Shown here: positions 20,950 through 30,133 of the stretch, piece after piece
How the letters are laid out: each line of letters starts with the position of its first letter
How positions within the stretch are numbered: the stretch's first letter is position 1
Source: Acidobacteriota bacterium
GTDB lineage: Bacteria > Acidobacteriota > UBA6911 > RPQK01 > JAJDTT01
Length of the DNA stretch: 64,000 bases
Direction of reading: 5' to 3'
NCBI GenBank assembly: GCA_965217775.1
Contig: CBDCJH010000002.1
Location: forward strand, 640,001-704,000
The notes under the pieces: model-generated
What the model saw: the letters and a program-made list of their open reading frames with translations, nothing else
Told to the model about the DNA's origin: nothing
The model's database searches: none
Translations under genes and position numbers: made by a program

Positions 20950-21771
20950 ATGAACATGGCTCTTGGGAACCAGGTCGCGGTGGTGACGGGAGCCGCCCAG
21001 GGTCTGGGGTTGGCTATCGCCCGGAGGCTGGCGCAAGATGGGGCCTCCGTCCTGCTCTGCGACCTCCAGGAAGAAAAAGTCCGCCGAGTCGCCGACGCTT
21101 TGATCAGGGACGGGCTCCAGGCCGAGTCGGCCCCTCTGGACGTGACCGACGCCCCGGCAGTGACCGCCGTCTTCGAGGAGACGTTCCGGAACCGGGGGAG
21201 GTTGGACATTCTGGTCAACAGCGCCGGTCTGGGCCAGAAGGTGACCCCGACCGTGGAGTTGGCCGACGAAGAGTGGAAACGCATCCTGGAGGTGAATCTG
21301 ACCGGGACCTTCTACTGTTGCCGGGCGGCGGGCCGGCTGATGCGGCGGCAGGAATCGGGAAGCATGGTGAACCTGGCGTCCATCAATGCCCACAGTCCGG
21401 CGGCTCTGGTGGCCGCCTACAACGCGGCCAAGGCGGGCGTCGCAAGCCTGACCCGGACGCTCGCCATCGAGTTGGCCTCCTATGGTGTCCGGGTCAATGC
21501 CGTGAGCCCGGGTCCCGTCTACACCGACTTCAACCGCAAGACCATGGCTCAACGTAGCCGGACGCTGGGGATTACTCGGGACGAGATGGTCGAGCGGGTC
21601 CGCCGATCGATCCCGTTGGGACGCTGGGGAGATCCCCAGGACATCGCCTCCATGGTCGCCTTCCTGTGCGGGTCCGAAGCCTCCTGGATCACGGGCCAGG
21701 TGTTCCAGGTGACGGGAGGTCTGCAGGGCGTTTCGGCGACTCCCCCCAGGATCCCCAGGACCGAAGAATGA
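20950..21771 (+). CDS. SDR family oxidoreductase
   Basis: TGAAQGLG, YNAAK, VNAVSPG. Confidence 0.93.
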   Translation: MNMALGNQVAVVTGAAQGLGLAIARRLAQDGASVLLCDLQEEKVRRVADALIRDGLQAESAPLDVTDAPAVTAVFEETFRNRGRLDILVNSAGLGQKVTPTVELADEEWKRILEVNLTGTFYCCRAAGRLMRRQESGSMVNLASINAHSPAALVAAYNAAKAGVASLTRTLAIELASYGVRVNAVSPGPVYTDFNRKTMAQRSRTLGITRDEMVERVRRSIPLGRWGDPQDIASMVAFLCGSEASWITGQVFQVTGGLQGVSATPPRIPRTEE

Positions 21772-22772
21772 AACCCACCGTCTTCATCCCCGAACCCATC
21801 GCGGCTCCCGGGGTGGAGTTGCTGCGCCGGCATTGTCATTGCCGGACGCCGTGGGAAGAGGGGGTCACCGTGCCGCCGGAGCCGGACGCCGCAGGAGCGG
21901 CTCCCCACCGGGCCGCCGTCCGGGACGCGGATGCGGCCCTGGTGCGCCTCTTCCAGGTCGGAGCCGACGATATTCGGAACGCGCGCCGCCTCAAGGTGAT
22001 CGGCAAGCATGGGGTCGGGGTGGACAACATCGACTGCGAGGCGGCGACCTCCGGAGGCCTGCCCGTCGTCTACACGCCCGGTTCCAACGGCCGGACCGTG
22101 GCCGAACACGCCATGGCGCTGATGCTGGCCCTCTCCCGGCAGATCTATCCCTCGAGCCACGCCATCCGTTCCGGAACCATGGAGGACCGGAATCGTTACC
22201 AGGGGGTGGAGCTTGCCGGGAAAAACCTGGGCCTGATCGGTCTGGGCCGCATTGGAAGCCGCGTCGCCGGGATCGCCTCCGGCGGGTTCGGTATGGAGGT
22301 GCGCGCCTACGACCCGTTTCTGCGCCCCGGATCGACGACGGGAGCGGCCGTTCTGGAAGATTCGCTGGAGGTGCTTCTGGCCTGGGCCGACTTCATCAGT
22401 CTCCACGTTCCTCTGAGTGACGAGACCCATCATCTCATCGACCAGGAGCGCCTGAAGCTGATGAAGCCCGGTTGCCGGCTGGTGAACACCTCCAGAGGGC
22501 CCGTCATCGACGAGGCGGCCCTGGCCGAGGCGCTGCGGGAGGGACGGCTGGCCGGCGCCGCCCTGGATGTCTTCGAAGAGGAACCTCTGCCGGCGGATCA
22601 TCTCCTTTGCCGAACGCCCAACACTCTGTTGACGCCTCACATCTCCGGCTTGACGGACAGCGCTCTGGAGCGCGCTTCCCTGATGGCCGCCCAGGGCATC
22701 CTGGACGTGCTCCAGGGGCGGCGCCCGGAGCATGTCGCCAACCCCGGTTATTTTGAGAATCAGGATTCATGA
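21768..22772 (+). CDS. D-2-hydroxyacid dehydrogenase
   Basis: GVGVDNID, GLGRIG, NTSRG, LDVFEEEP, TPHISG; ATGA overlap with the SDR gene. Confidence 0.92.
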   Translation: MKPTVFIPEPIAAPGVELLRRHCHCRTPWEEGVTVPPEPDAAGAAPHRAAVRDADAALVRLFQVGADDIRNARRLKVIGKHGVGVDNIDCEAATSGGLPVVYTPGSNGRTVAEHAMALMLALSRQIYPSSHAIRSGTMEDRNRYQGVELAGKNLGLIGLGRIGSRVAGIASGGFGMEVRAYDPFLRPGSTTGAAVLEDSLEVLLAWADFISLHVPLSDETHHLIDQERLKLMKPGCRLVNTSRGPVIDEAALAEALREGRLAGAALDVFEEEPLPADHLLCRTPNTLLTPHISGLTDSALERASLMAAQGILDVLQGRRPEHVANPGYFENQDS

Positions 22773-22800
22773 ATCAGGACTTGATGAAGGAAGATCAGCC

Positions 22801-23538
22801 ATGACCATCCCTTTGGACCAGATCGCCAACATGCCGGCCTTTTCTCCCTACTATCCCCCACTGCCGGCCCGCTACCGGAACGTGCGCTTCCAAATGGTCT
22901 GCTTCCGGGCGGACAAGTCTGCATTGGACCGGGTCCTCCCCTGGTGTTTCGAGCCGGACCCGGAAGGCAACTGCGCCGCCATCGGTATCGACGCGACCTG
23001 GACGGCCAACTACGGGGGGTTTCTGGAGAGTGTGCTCACCGTCAAGTGCAGCTACCAGGGAGAGCCGGGCTACTTTGCGCCCATCGCGTTCCTCAACTCC
23101 AAGTCCAGCATTCCCGCGGGACGGGAGATCTACGGTACGCCCAAGGTGTATTCCGACATTCGGGTGGGAATGGACGAGCGGGTCATGTATACGGACACTC
23201 GGCTGGCCGGAGCCTCGATTCTGGCGATCCGGTCCACCATGCACCGCCCAATGGACCCCGAGAGCATGCCCGTGTTTGCTCCTTCCTGGCGCCTGAAGGC
23301 GATCCCCAGGGTGGACGGCAAGGGATTCGACGTGCTCCAGGTCATCGACGGGGCCAAGTGCACCTCGGACGTGACCGTCCACGTCTGCCGGGCCGGCGAC
23401 GGGGTCGTGCAGTTCGATCCCTCACCCATCTACGATCTGACCGACTTCGCTCCCCGGGAGTACCTGGGGGCGTACTACATGGAGACCGACTACACCGAAG
23501 GGTTCGCCGAGATCGTCCACGACTTTCTGAGGGAATAG
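22801..23538 (+). CDS. Acetoacetate decarboxylase-like protein
   Basis: GREIYGTPK Schiff-base lysine motif. Confidence 0.8.
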   Translation: MTIPLDQIANMPAFSPYYPPLPARYRNVRFQMVCFRADKSALDRVLPWCFEPDPEGNCAAIGIDATWTANYGGFLESVLTVKCSYQGEPGYFAPIAFLNSKSSIPAGREIYGTPKVYSDIRVGMDERVMYTDTRLAGASILAIRSTMHRPMDPESMPVFAPSWRLKAIPRVDGKGFDVLQVIDGAKCTSDVTVHVCRAGDGVVQFDPSPIYDLTDFAPREYLGAYYMETDYTEGFAEIVHDFLRE

Positions 23539-23550
23539 CCGTTCGTTCAG

Positions 23551-24666
23551 TCAGCCCACGTCTTGGGCCCGTCCCGTCCGGGCCGCTTCGTAGGCGCTGA
23601 AGATGGCCTTGAGCACATGGAGGCACTCCTCGCCGCTGGCCGGCGGCGGGCCGGTGCCCCGGGCCGCGTCCAGGACCGCCTCCACGAGACGCTGGTAGGG
23701 GCCGACCTCGTAGGAGAAGGGAAAGGACTGGACCCCTTTGGGAGCGTCGGGATCTGTCGAGTACCACTCCAGCGGGGAGTTGTCCTCGTCGAATCGGAGC
23801 CATCCCTTGGAGCCCCAGAGGGTCAGGCCCAGATGGTAGCCCCGGTCGAGGTAGTATCCGCCGTGGTAGGTTCCCACCATCCCCTTCCGGGACTGAAAGG
23901 TGACCCCCACCGAGTCCTCGACGTCGATGGGCTGGCCCCCCACGTTGCGGGTCATGGCGGAGACCCGTTCGATGCGGTCCTGCGTCAGATGCTGGAGCAG
24001 GTCCACATAGTGGATTCCCAGCCAGATCAGGTTTCCTCCGCCCGCCGTGTCTCGCGACGCGAGCCAGGAACGGTGAAACTCGGGGCGGGTGAGGCGGGTC
24101 TGATCCGCCACCACCAGCAGATGCGCCGCGTAGGGTTTGCCGATGAAACCGGACCGCACCAGTTCCCGGGCCTTGACGGCTCCCGGATGCACTCGCAGAT
24201 AGAAGGCCAATGTGAGTGTCAACTGCTTGGCTTCTGCGAGCCGGACCAGGGGTTCGAAGTCCTCGGCCCGGGTGCAGGAGGGTTTTTCAGCTAGAACGTG
24301 GCAGCCGGCCTCCAGGGACTTCCGGATCAAGGGTGGAGCTTTATGAGCAGCCAGGCTGATGACGGCCGCGCGGGGTCGAAACTCCCGCAGCATTCGGTCG
24401 TGGTCCCGAAACGTGGTTAACTTCGCGCCCAGAGCATCGCGCGCACCCGTGAACGTGGTCCCGCTCTCATCGGAGATTCCCACGGCTTCGACGCCGTCAA
24501 TCTGGGCCAGAGATCGGAGATAGGCGCTCAGATGGGGTCCTTTCTCCTGGGTGATCACACCGACCCGGAGGGGTTCGACGGCGGCGGACCGGGCCCCGCG
24601 GCTCAGAATCGAGGGAGCAATAAAAGCTCCGGCAGCGGCTCTTTGGAGAAAGGTTCTTCGTTTCAT
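23551..24666 (-). CDS. Gfo/Idh/MocA oxidoreductase, Tat signal
   Basis: MKRRTFL, HVLAEKP, GIHYVD. Confidence 0.9.
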   Translation of the reverse strand: MKRRTFLQRAAAGAFIAPSILSRGARSAAVEPLRVGVITQEKGPHLSAYLRSLAQIDGVEAVGISDESGTTFTGARDALGAKLTTFRDHDRMLREFRPRAAVISLAAHKAPPLIRKSLEAGCHVLAEKPSCTRAEDFEPLVRLAEAKQLTLTLAFYLRVHPGAVKARELVRSGFIGKPYAAHLLVVADQTRLTRPEFHRSWLASRDTAGGGNLIWLGIHYVDLLQHLTQDRIERVSAMTRNVGGQPIDVEDSVGVTFQSRKGMVGTYHGGYYLDRGYHLGLTLWGSKGWLRFDEDNSPLEWYSTDPDAPKGVQSFPFSYEVGPYQRLVEAVLDAARGTGPPPASGEECLHVLKAIFSAYEAARTGRAQDVG

Positions 24667-24760
24667 GGCGGGAAAGTTTAACAGGGTTGATAATTTCGAT
24701 CATGGTTCCAACTGCCACCGCGTCGAGATTGACGACCCGGTTTCAGGAAAGGAAAGAGGG

Positions 24761-26641
24761 ATGGTCTGGTCGACGGTGTCTAAAGGGATGAGAGCCGCGT
24801 CGGTCGGTTTCTGCCTCCTTCTGCCGGGGTTGGACTGCGCTCAGACTTTGGCTCAGGAAAAGATGGTGGTGGACACGCCCATGGAGCCGCCCGAATGGGC
24901 CTTCTTGCAACGCCGGCTCCTGGAGGCCAACAGCCAGGCTTGCCGGGTTCTGGCCCAACACGCCCTGGACGACCGCGGGTACCTCCTCCACGTGCCTCGC
25001 TGGGGAGTGATCGACGGGCCCGACGACGCCATCGAGACCTTCGGCGACTGGCCTCTTCTGCACTCCCTGGGAGCCGACGATTCGGTGTTGGAGGACTACA
25101 AGAGGGCCCAGGAGGGACACTGGCTCCAATACGGAGAACTGAGGACGGTGAAGACGGATCTGGCCAAAGAGGGGGCCTATTTTCAGGAATTCATCACCAT
25201 GTCCGACTGGGCGCACACCCGGGAAGGAATGCAGGCCTTCATGTCCCTGGGTCTTTCGGAGCCGGACAACTTCCTCTACCGCAAGCGGATGGCCCGCTTT
25301 GCCGGCCTCTACATGAACGAGGACCCGTCCGTCCCCAACTACGACCCGGTGCGTAAGCTGATCCGCAGCACCTGGACCGGAAGCAAGGGACCGATGCTGA
25401 GGCCGCCCACGGTCTACGATTGGGTGGGAGACCCCGTCCGGGGACGATTCCATTTTCTGCACAGCTCGGCCGGGCTGGAGGGGATGTTGGACTTCGCGAG
25501 CCACTATCCCAAGATGCTGGCCCACTGCGAGGACTACAAGGACAGCGTGGGAGACAGTCATCTGAACCTCTCCGCCACCAACTTGGCGTTGAACGCCTAC
25601 ATGATGACGGGCCGGGAGAAGTACCGGCGGTGGCTCCTGGAATACGTGGACGCCTGGAAGGAGCGGACGCGCGCCAACAACGGCTTCATCCCCACCAAGG
25701 TGGGCCTGGACGGCAAGCCGGGCGGCGCGTCGGGACAGTGGTGGAAGGGGCTCTACGGGTGGAATTTCTCCAACTTCGACGCCGAAGTGGGGTACGTGAA
25801 GCACCGGGGGACCATCTTCATCGGGACCTGGGACGGATTCGGAAACGCTTTTCTCCTCACCGGGGACCCGAGCTATCTGGCGGTCATGCGACAACAGCTC
25901 ATGCACTTCCACAGCCGGAAGCAGGTGGTCGACGGCAAGACGCTCATCCCCAAGATGTACGGCGACCCGCGGGGGCATACCTACACGGGAAAACCCGAAT
26001 GGTACGCGTGGACCGGGAAACTGAACCTGGATCGCTGGACCGAGCTCTACCTGTGGAGCATGGACCCGGCCGACCTGGAGCCCGTTCCCAAGACCGGCTG
26101 GATCGGATTTCTGGAAGGGTTGGAGCCCGACTACCCGGCCCGGATCTTGAGGAAAGACTTGGAGCGGGTCCGGAACCGGGTGCAGGCGATTCGGGATGAC
26201 CCGACGACGCCCGACACCCGGCTGCCCGATTGGTTCATGCACCTGAACCCGTCCACGAGCCGGAATCTGGCCAGCCTGATGACCGGGGCCTACCTTCCCA
26301 GTGTCATCTGGAGCGTGAATTTCCAGTTGCGCTATTTCGATCCCGGACGGCGCCGTTCGGGCGTCCCCCCGGATTTGGGTGCGCTGATCGAGCGAATAAC
26401 CGGCGATTCCGTGACCGTCACCCTGGTCAACCTCAATCCCGTCGCCCCGCGCACCGTAGTGGTCCAGGCGGGAGGATACGGGGAGCATCAGTTCACCCGA
26501 GCCGAACGGGATGGATCAAGAGAAGATCTGACCGACTCCGTCGTCACGGTCCGTTTGGAGCCCGGGTGTGGGACCCGTTTGACCTTGGGGATGAAGCGGT
26601 ACGCCAATACACCGACGCTGTTGCATCCTTGGGATCGCTGA
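24761..26641 (+). CDS. Secreted hypothetical protein (~626 aa)
   Basis: Long ORF with genome-like codon use, signal-like N-terminus, Trp/Tyr/Asp-rich; family not recognised. Confidence 0.75.
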   Translation: MVWSTVSKGMRAASVGFCLLLPGLDCAQTLAQEKMVVDTPMEPPEWAFLQRRLLEANSQACRVLAQHALDDRGYLLHVPRWGVIDGPDDAIETFGDWPLLHSLGADDSVLEDYKRAQEGHWLQYGELRTVKTDLAKEGAYFQEFITMSDWAHTREGMQAFMSLGLSEPDNFLYRKRMARFAGLYMNEDPSVPNYDPVRKLIRSTWTGSKGPMLRPPTVYDWVGDPVRGRFHFLHSSAGLEGMLDFASHYPKMLAHCEDYKDSVGDSHLNLSATNLALNAYMMTGREKYRRWLLEYVDAWKERTRANNGFIPTKVGLDGKPGGASGQWWKGLYGWNFSNFDAEVGYVKHRGTIFIGTWDGFGNAFLLTGDPSYLAVMRQQLMHFHSRKQVVDGKTLIPKMYGDPRGHTYTGKPEWYAWTGKLNLDRWTELYLWSMDPADLEPVPKTGWIGFLEGLEPDYPARILRKDLERVRNRVQAIRDDPTTPDTRLPDWFMHLNPSTSRNLASLMTGAYLPSVIWSVNFQLRYFDPGRRRSGVPPDLGALIERITGDSVTVTLVNLNPVAPRTVVVQAGGYGEHQFTRAERDGSREDLTDSVVTVRLEPGCGTRLTLGMKRYANTPTLLHPWDR

Positions 26642-26776
26642 GAATTTTCGACCGGTGGGAGTGGCGAGCGCGCAAGATTTCTTCTTCAGCGCGGTCTCAG
26701 GCCCCAAACCACAGCGGGAGTCGGCGGGATGGGACGCCCGGGCAACCCATACGGCCGCCCGGGTCCGGTTACGGGG

Positions 26777-27367
26777 TCAGGAACCCAACTTTTCGATCAT
26801 CCTCACCAGCGTGCTGACCTGGTTCTTCAGCGCATCGGCGAATTCTTCCAGTTGCCGGGCGTAGGCGCGCAAGGCCTGGATCTCGGGACCCGGACTCGGA
26901 GCCGGAGCAGACGTCTCGGGCTCGGGCGCCGCCTCTGCGGGTTCGGGGGCGGGCTCAGGCTCAGGTTCGGGTTCAGGTTCGGGCTCAGGTTCGGGTTCGG
27001 GTTCAGATTCGGGCTCGGGAGCTGCCGGAGCCTCCGGGGCGGCTTCCGCCTCGGCCTCAGGCTCAGGGCCGGCCTCTGCCACGGGCTCGGGAGCCGGTTC
27101 GGGAGCCGGTTCGGGGGCCGGCGGAGCCTCGACCTGGGACACGAAATAGAGTTCGCGGCCCCGTTTTTCCATCTCGACTCCTTCGACGGCATTCAGTAGC
27201 CGCTTGACCAGATTCTTGTCGTTCGGAGTCGACTTGAGACCCAGCTTGGATCCGTTATTGGAGATGAGTTGACTCACACTGGCCGCGCCCTCTTTCAGGA
27301 TGGCCCGGGCCAGGCCTTTCTGTATCCTTTGCAACTCAATTCGCTTACGACGTCGCCTCTTAGCCAT
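26777..27367 (-). CDS. Hypothetical protein: basic wHTH-like N-domain, Pro-Glu linker, C-terminal coiled coil
   Basis: MAKRRRRKR start; (PE)n tract encoded at ~26900-27130; heptad-patterned C-terminus. Confidence 0.75.
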   Translation of the reverse strand: MAKRRRRKRIELQRIQKGLARAILKEGAASVSQLISNNGSKLGLKSTPNDKNLVKRLLNAVEGVEMEKRGRELYFVSQVEAPPAPEPAPEPAPEPVAEAGPEPEAEAEAAPEAPAAPEPESEPEPEPEPEPEPEPEPEPAPEPAEAAPEPETSAPAPSPGPEIQALRAYARQLEEFADALKNQVSTLVRMIEKLGS

Positions 27368-27738
27368 TGTCCAATCCTTTCGTCTATTGTTTGAACCGAC
27401 TATCCAAAACCCCAGCAGAATTACAGTGACTATTATCCATCAATTGCCAGATCAAATCTACAAATTAAATGGTGAAAGTTGAATTTCCATCCGTTCGGCC
27501 TTTTCGGCCCGAATTCTTATGATCTAAAGCAAATGTGAGAATGCGCCGGTGATTTCTGCTTCGGAACTGCAGTCGAGAGTTTGTATGATAACAACATGGG
27601 GCCGATTTCCGTGCGACACTCAGGCAGTTTCCCGGCCGGACGGAAAGGATATGTGGGTACGCCATTCGATGGTCCAGACATGCATTGAATTTCATGTTTC
27701 CCGGACCCGATGGTAGGCTGTGAGGGAGGATCAAGCGC

Positions 27739-28926
27739 ATGATCAGCAGATTGAACCGGCGTCATTTCCTGGGAGGCGCCTTGGCGGTTTCTCCGTCCGT
27801 CATCGCTTCCGGCGGCGCCAAGCCAGGGACGGTTCGGGAGGAAGGGAAGCGGCGCCGGTTTCTCCTCTGGTGTGACAAGGGAGGCCTGATCAATCCGGCC
27901 GGCCCCGCCGATAATCCGAGAGTGGCCGAATTCGTCCGGAAATGCTCGAACCACGGAGTCACCGATCTGATCCCTTGGAGCGGGACTCGCGTTCTGGTGG
28001 AGGAGGGACGGAAGAAAGGGATACAAGTGCATCCCTACCTGGCCTTCAATTCCCACGGCTCCCGCCGTGTCAACTACGCCTGGTCCATTCACTATCTGAG
28101 TGCACCGCCCGATTCTCCCGATATGAAGGAGAAGCTGGAACGGCACCAGCCCATCTGGTCCCATCCCAGATCGTCCCCCAGCCTGACCGATTTCGCCCAG
28201 GCGCACCCTCAGTATTGGGCTCGGGACCGGAGTCGAAGCGACGAGATTCAGCCGGGACAAAGGCGCACCCTGAGCCTGGCCGTGCCCGAGGTCCGGGAGC
28301 ACGAGAGGGGCAACTACATGGCCCTGCTGGAACGCACCGGCGGCCACGGATTCCAGGTGGAGTTCGTCAGTCTGAACCAGGATGAGAACGGGGTTGGAAC
28401 GGACGGTTACGAAGAACCCATGATCCGGTTCTACCGGCAAAAATTCCGCCGCGATCCCATGGACCTGCCCAACGACGACCCCTCCTGGGTCCGGTTCCGG
28501 GCCGACTACACGACGGTCACCATCCGGGAGTTGAGGGAAGCCTTGAGGGAGGAAGACCCGTCGGCGCCCATGACCGTAGCCCTGGTGGCGCGGGAGATGG
28601 ACGACTATGTGAAGGTGTTTCAGGATTGGCCGACCTGGGTCGACCAGAATCTGGTGGATGAGCTCCATCTCTGGTTCCGCACCACTTCCGACGTCCGAAG
28701 GGTGGAGCGCCAAGTGGCCGATGCGGTGAAGAGGGTTGCGGGCCGGTGCCCCGTGGTGGCCGAGTTCTCGTGTTACCACGTGGGGAGCTTCCAGGATCCC
28801 GACCTGCTGCTGGAGGCCGCTCGCCGCGCCTACGGAAGCGGAGCCGACGTGGCGGGGATCTACCGCAGCCATGCCGTGGAGCAACTGGGTTTCTGGCCGC
28901 TGGTGGAGAAGATCGCCGCGCTTTGA
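27739..28926 (+). CDS. Tat-exported GHL10/GH-like TIM-barrel protein
   Basis: LNRRHFL Tat motif; IQVHPYL, LSLAVPEVR, WVRFRA, FQDWPTW motifs. Confidence 0.65.
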   Translation: MISRLNRRHFLGGALAVSPSVIASGGAKPGTVREEGKRRRFLLWCDKGGLINPAGPADNPRVAEFVRKCSNHGVTDLIPWSGTRVLVEEGRKKGIQVHPYLAFNSHGSRRVNYAWSIHYLSAPPDSPDMKEKLERHQPIWSHPRSSPSLTDFAQAHPQYWARDRSRSDEIQPGQRRTLSLAVPEVREHERGNYMALLERTGGHGFQVEFVSLNQDENGVGTDGYEEPMIRFYRQKFRRDPMDLPNDDPSWVRFRADYTTVTIRELREALREEDPSAPMTVALVAREMDDYVKVFQDWPTWVDQNLVDELHLWFRTTSDVRRVERQVADAVKRVAGRCPVVAEFSCYHVGSFQDPDLLLEAARRAYGSGADVAGIYRSHAVEQLGFWPLVEKIAAL

Positions 28927-28947
28927 TCACAGGTTAGGACACGAACG

Positions 28948-29934
28948 ATGAAGTCCATGCCAGGACGGCGTTTCTGGTTCCCAGCAGTGATGATGGTCCT
29001 GTGTGTCTCGGCAGTCCGGGCGGAAGATCCCCGGATCGTATCGGTGGAGAAGATCTGGGACCAGGGCCTCCACAACGCTTTCACCGACCTGATCCGTTTC
29101 CGTGAAAGGTGGTTCTGCACCTTTCGAGAGGGCGAACGACATGCCGCCGGACAGGACGGACGGATCCGGGTCATCACCTCATCTGATGGTGGGAGCTGGG
29201 AATCGGCGGCCCTCTTGACGACAGAAGGGGTGGACCTGAGGGATCCCAAGCTCTCCCGGACGCCCGACGATCGCCTCCTGCTGGTGGCCGGCGGCAGCAT
29301 TTACATCGATGATGTGTTCCAGACTCGCGTGCCCCGCGTGGCTTTCTCCCCGGACGGCTACGAGTGGACCTCTCCACAGCCTGTCCTGGCCGAAGAGCAC
29401 TGGCTCTGGCGCATCACCTGGCACCAGGGCACCGCCTACAGCGTCTCCAAGATGGGAGACGGGAAGAATACCCGCCGAGTCATCCTCTACTCGAGCCGGG
29501 ACGGCATCGAGTGGAACCGGATCACCGTATTCAAGAACATTCCTCCCTGGCCCAACGAGGCCACCATCCGCTTCCTGCCCGGGGACGAGATGATGATTCT
29601 CTTGCGGCGCAACGCCACCGGCTGGATCGGCACCAGCCACCCTCCCTATCGGAAATGGACGTGGACCGACACGGGGCACCGGTTGGGTGGACCCAATTTC
29701 ATTCGCCTGCCCGACGGCCGGCTCTGGGCGGGAAGCCGCGCCTATACCGGGGATCCCACGACGATTCTGGCCCGCATGACCCGGAACAGCTTTGAGCCGG
29801 TCCTGACCCTGCCCAGCGGCGGGGATACCAGCTATCCCGGAATGGTCTGGCACCAGGGTCTGCTCTGGATCAGCTACTACTCCTCCCACGAGGGGAAGAG
29901 CAGCATCTACCTGGCGAAGGTCCGACTGCCCTAG
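28948..29934 (+). CDS. Sialidase/BNR-repeat beta-propeller protein
   Basis: Asp-boxes SSDGGSW, SPDGYEW, SRDGIEW; HNAFTDL, GDTSYPG. Confidence 0.8.
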   Translation: MKSMPGRRFWFPAVMMVLCVSAVRAEDPRIVSVEKIWDQGLHNAFTDLIRFRERWFCTFREGERHAAGQDGRIRVITSSDGGSWESAALLTTEGVDLRDPKLSRTPDDRLLLVAGGSIYIDDVFQTRVPRVAFSPDGYEWTSPQPVLAEEHWLWRITWHQGTAYSVSKMGDGKNTRRVILYSSRDGIEWNRITVFKNIPPWPNEATIRFLPGDEMMILLRRNATGWIGTSHPPYRKWTWTDTGHRLGGPNFIRLPDGRLWAGSRAYTGDPTTILARMTRNSFEPVLTLPSGGDTSYPGMVWHQGLLWISYYSSHEGKSSIYLAKVRLP

Positions 29935-29958
29935 GAGGGGGGACATTCTTGTCCCCCT
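29934..29958 (+). repeat. GGAG-type REP
   Basis: GGAGGGGGGACATTCTTGTCCCCCT; relatives near 7026, 38730, 42122 and 59494-59556. Confidence 0.55.
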
Positions 29959-30009
29959 CTTGACCCGATTCTTCGTGTGGTCCTGTCTTGCTCCGCTTTG
30001 GACCGAAGA

Positions 30010-30116
30010 GGGCGCCCACAAGGGGCGCCCCTACCAATATTTTTCGTCAAAACGCCCACAAGGGGCGCCCCTACCCAATATTCGTCGTCAGGGCGCCGAC
30101 AAGGGGTGCCCCTAGC
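30010..30116 (-). repeat. Three tandem GTAG-type REPs (~40-bp units)
   Basis: CGCCCACAAGGGGCGCCCCTAC-like x3 with near-identical linkers; preceded by GTCTTGCTCCGCTTTGGACCGAAGA, also present near 7068. Confidence 0.8.
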
Positions 30117-30133
30117 AATTTTTGGGGAGGCCG

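Noticed and set aside
26900-27130. Tandem microsatellite as a non-coding repeat
   Set aside because: In-frame Pro-Glu coding tract.
30010-30116. Mini CRISPR array
   Set aside because: Linkers are short and nearly identical, the repeat is a GTAG REP, and no cas genes are present.
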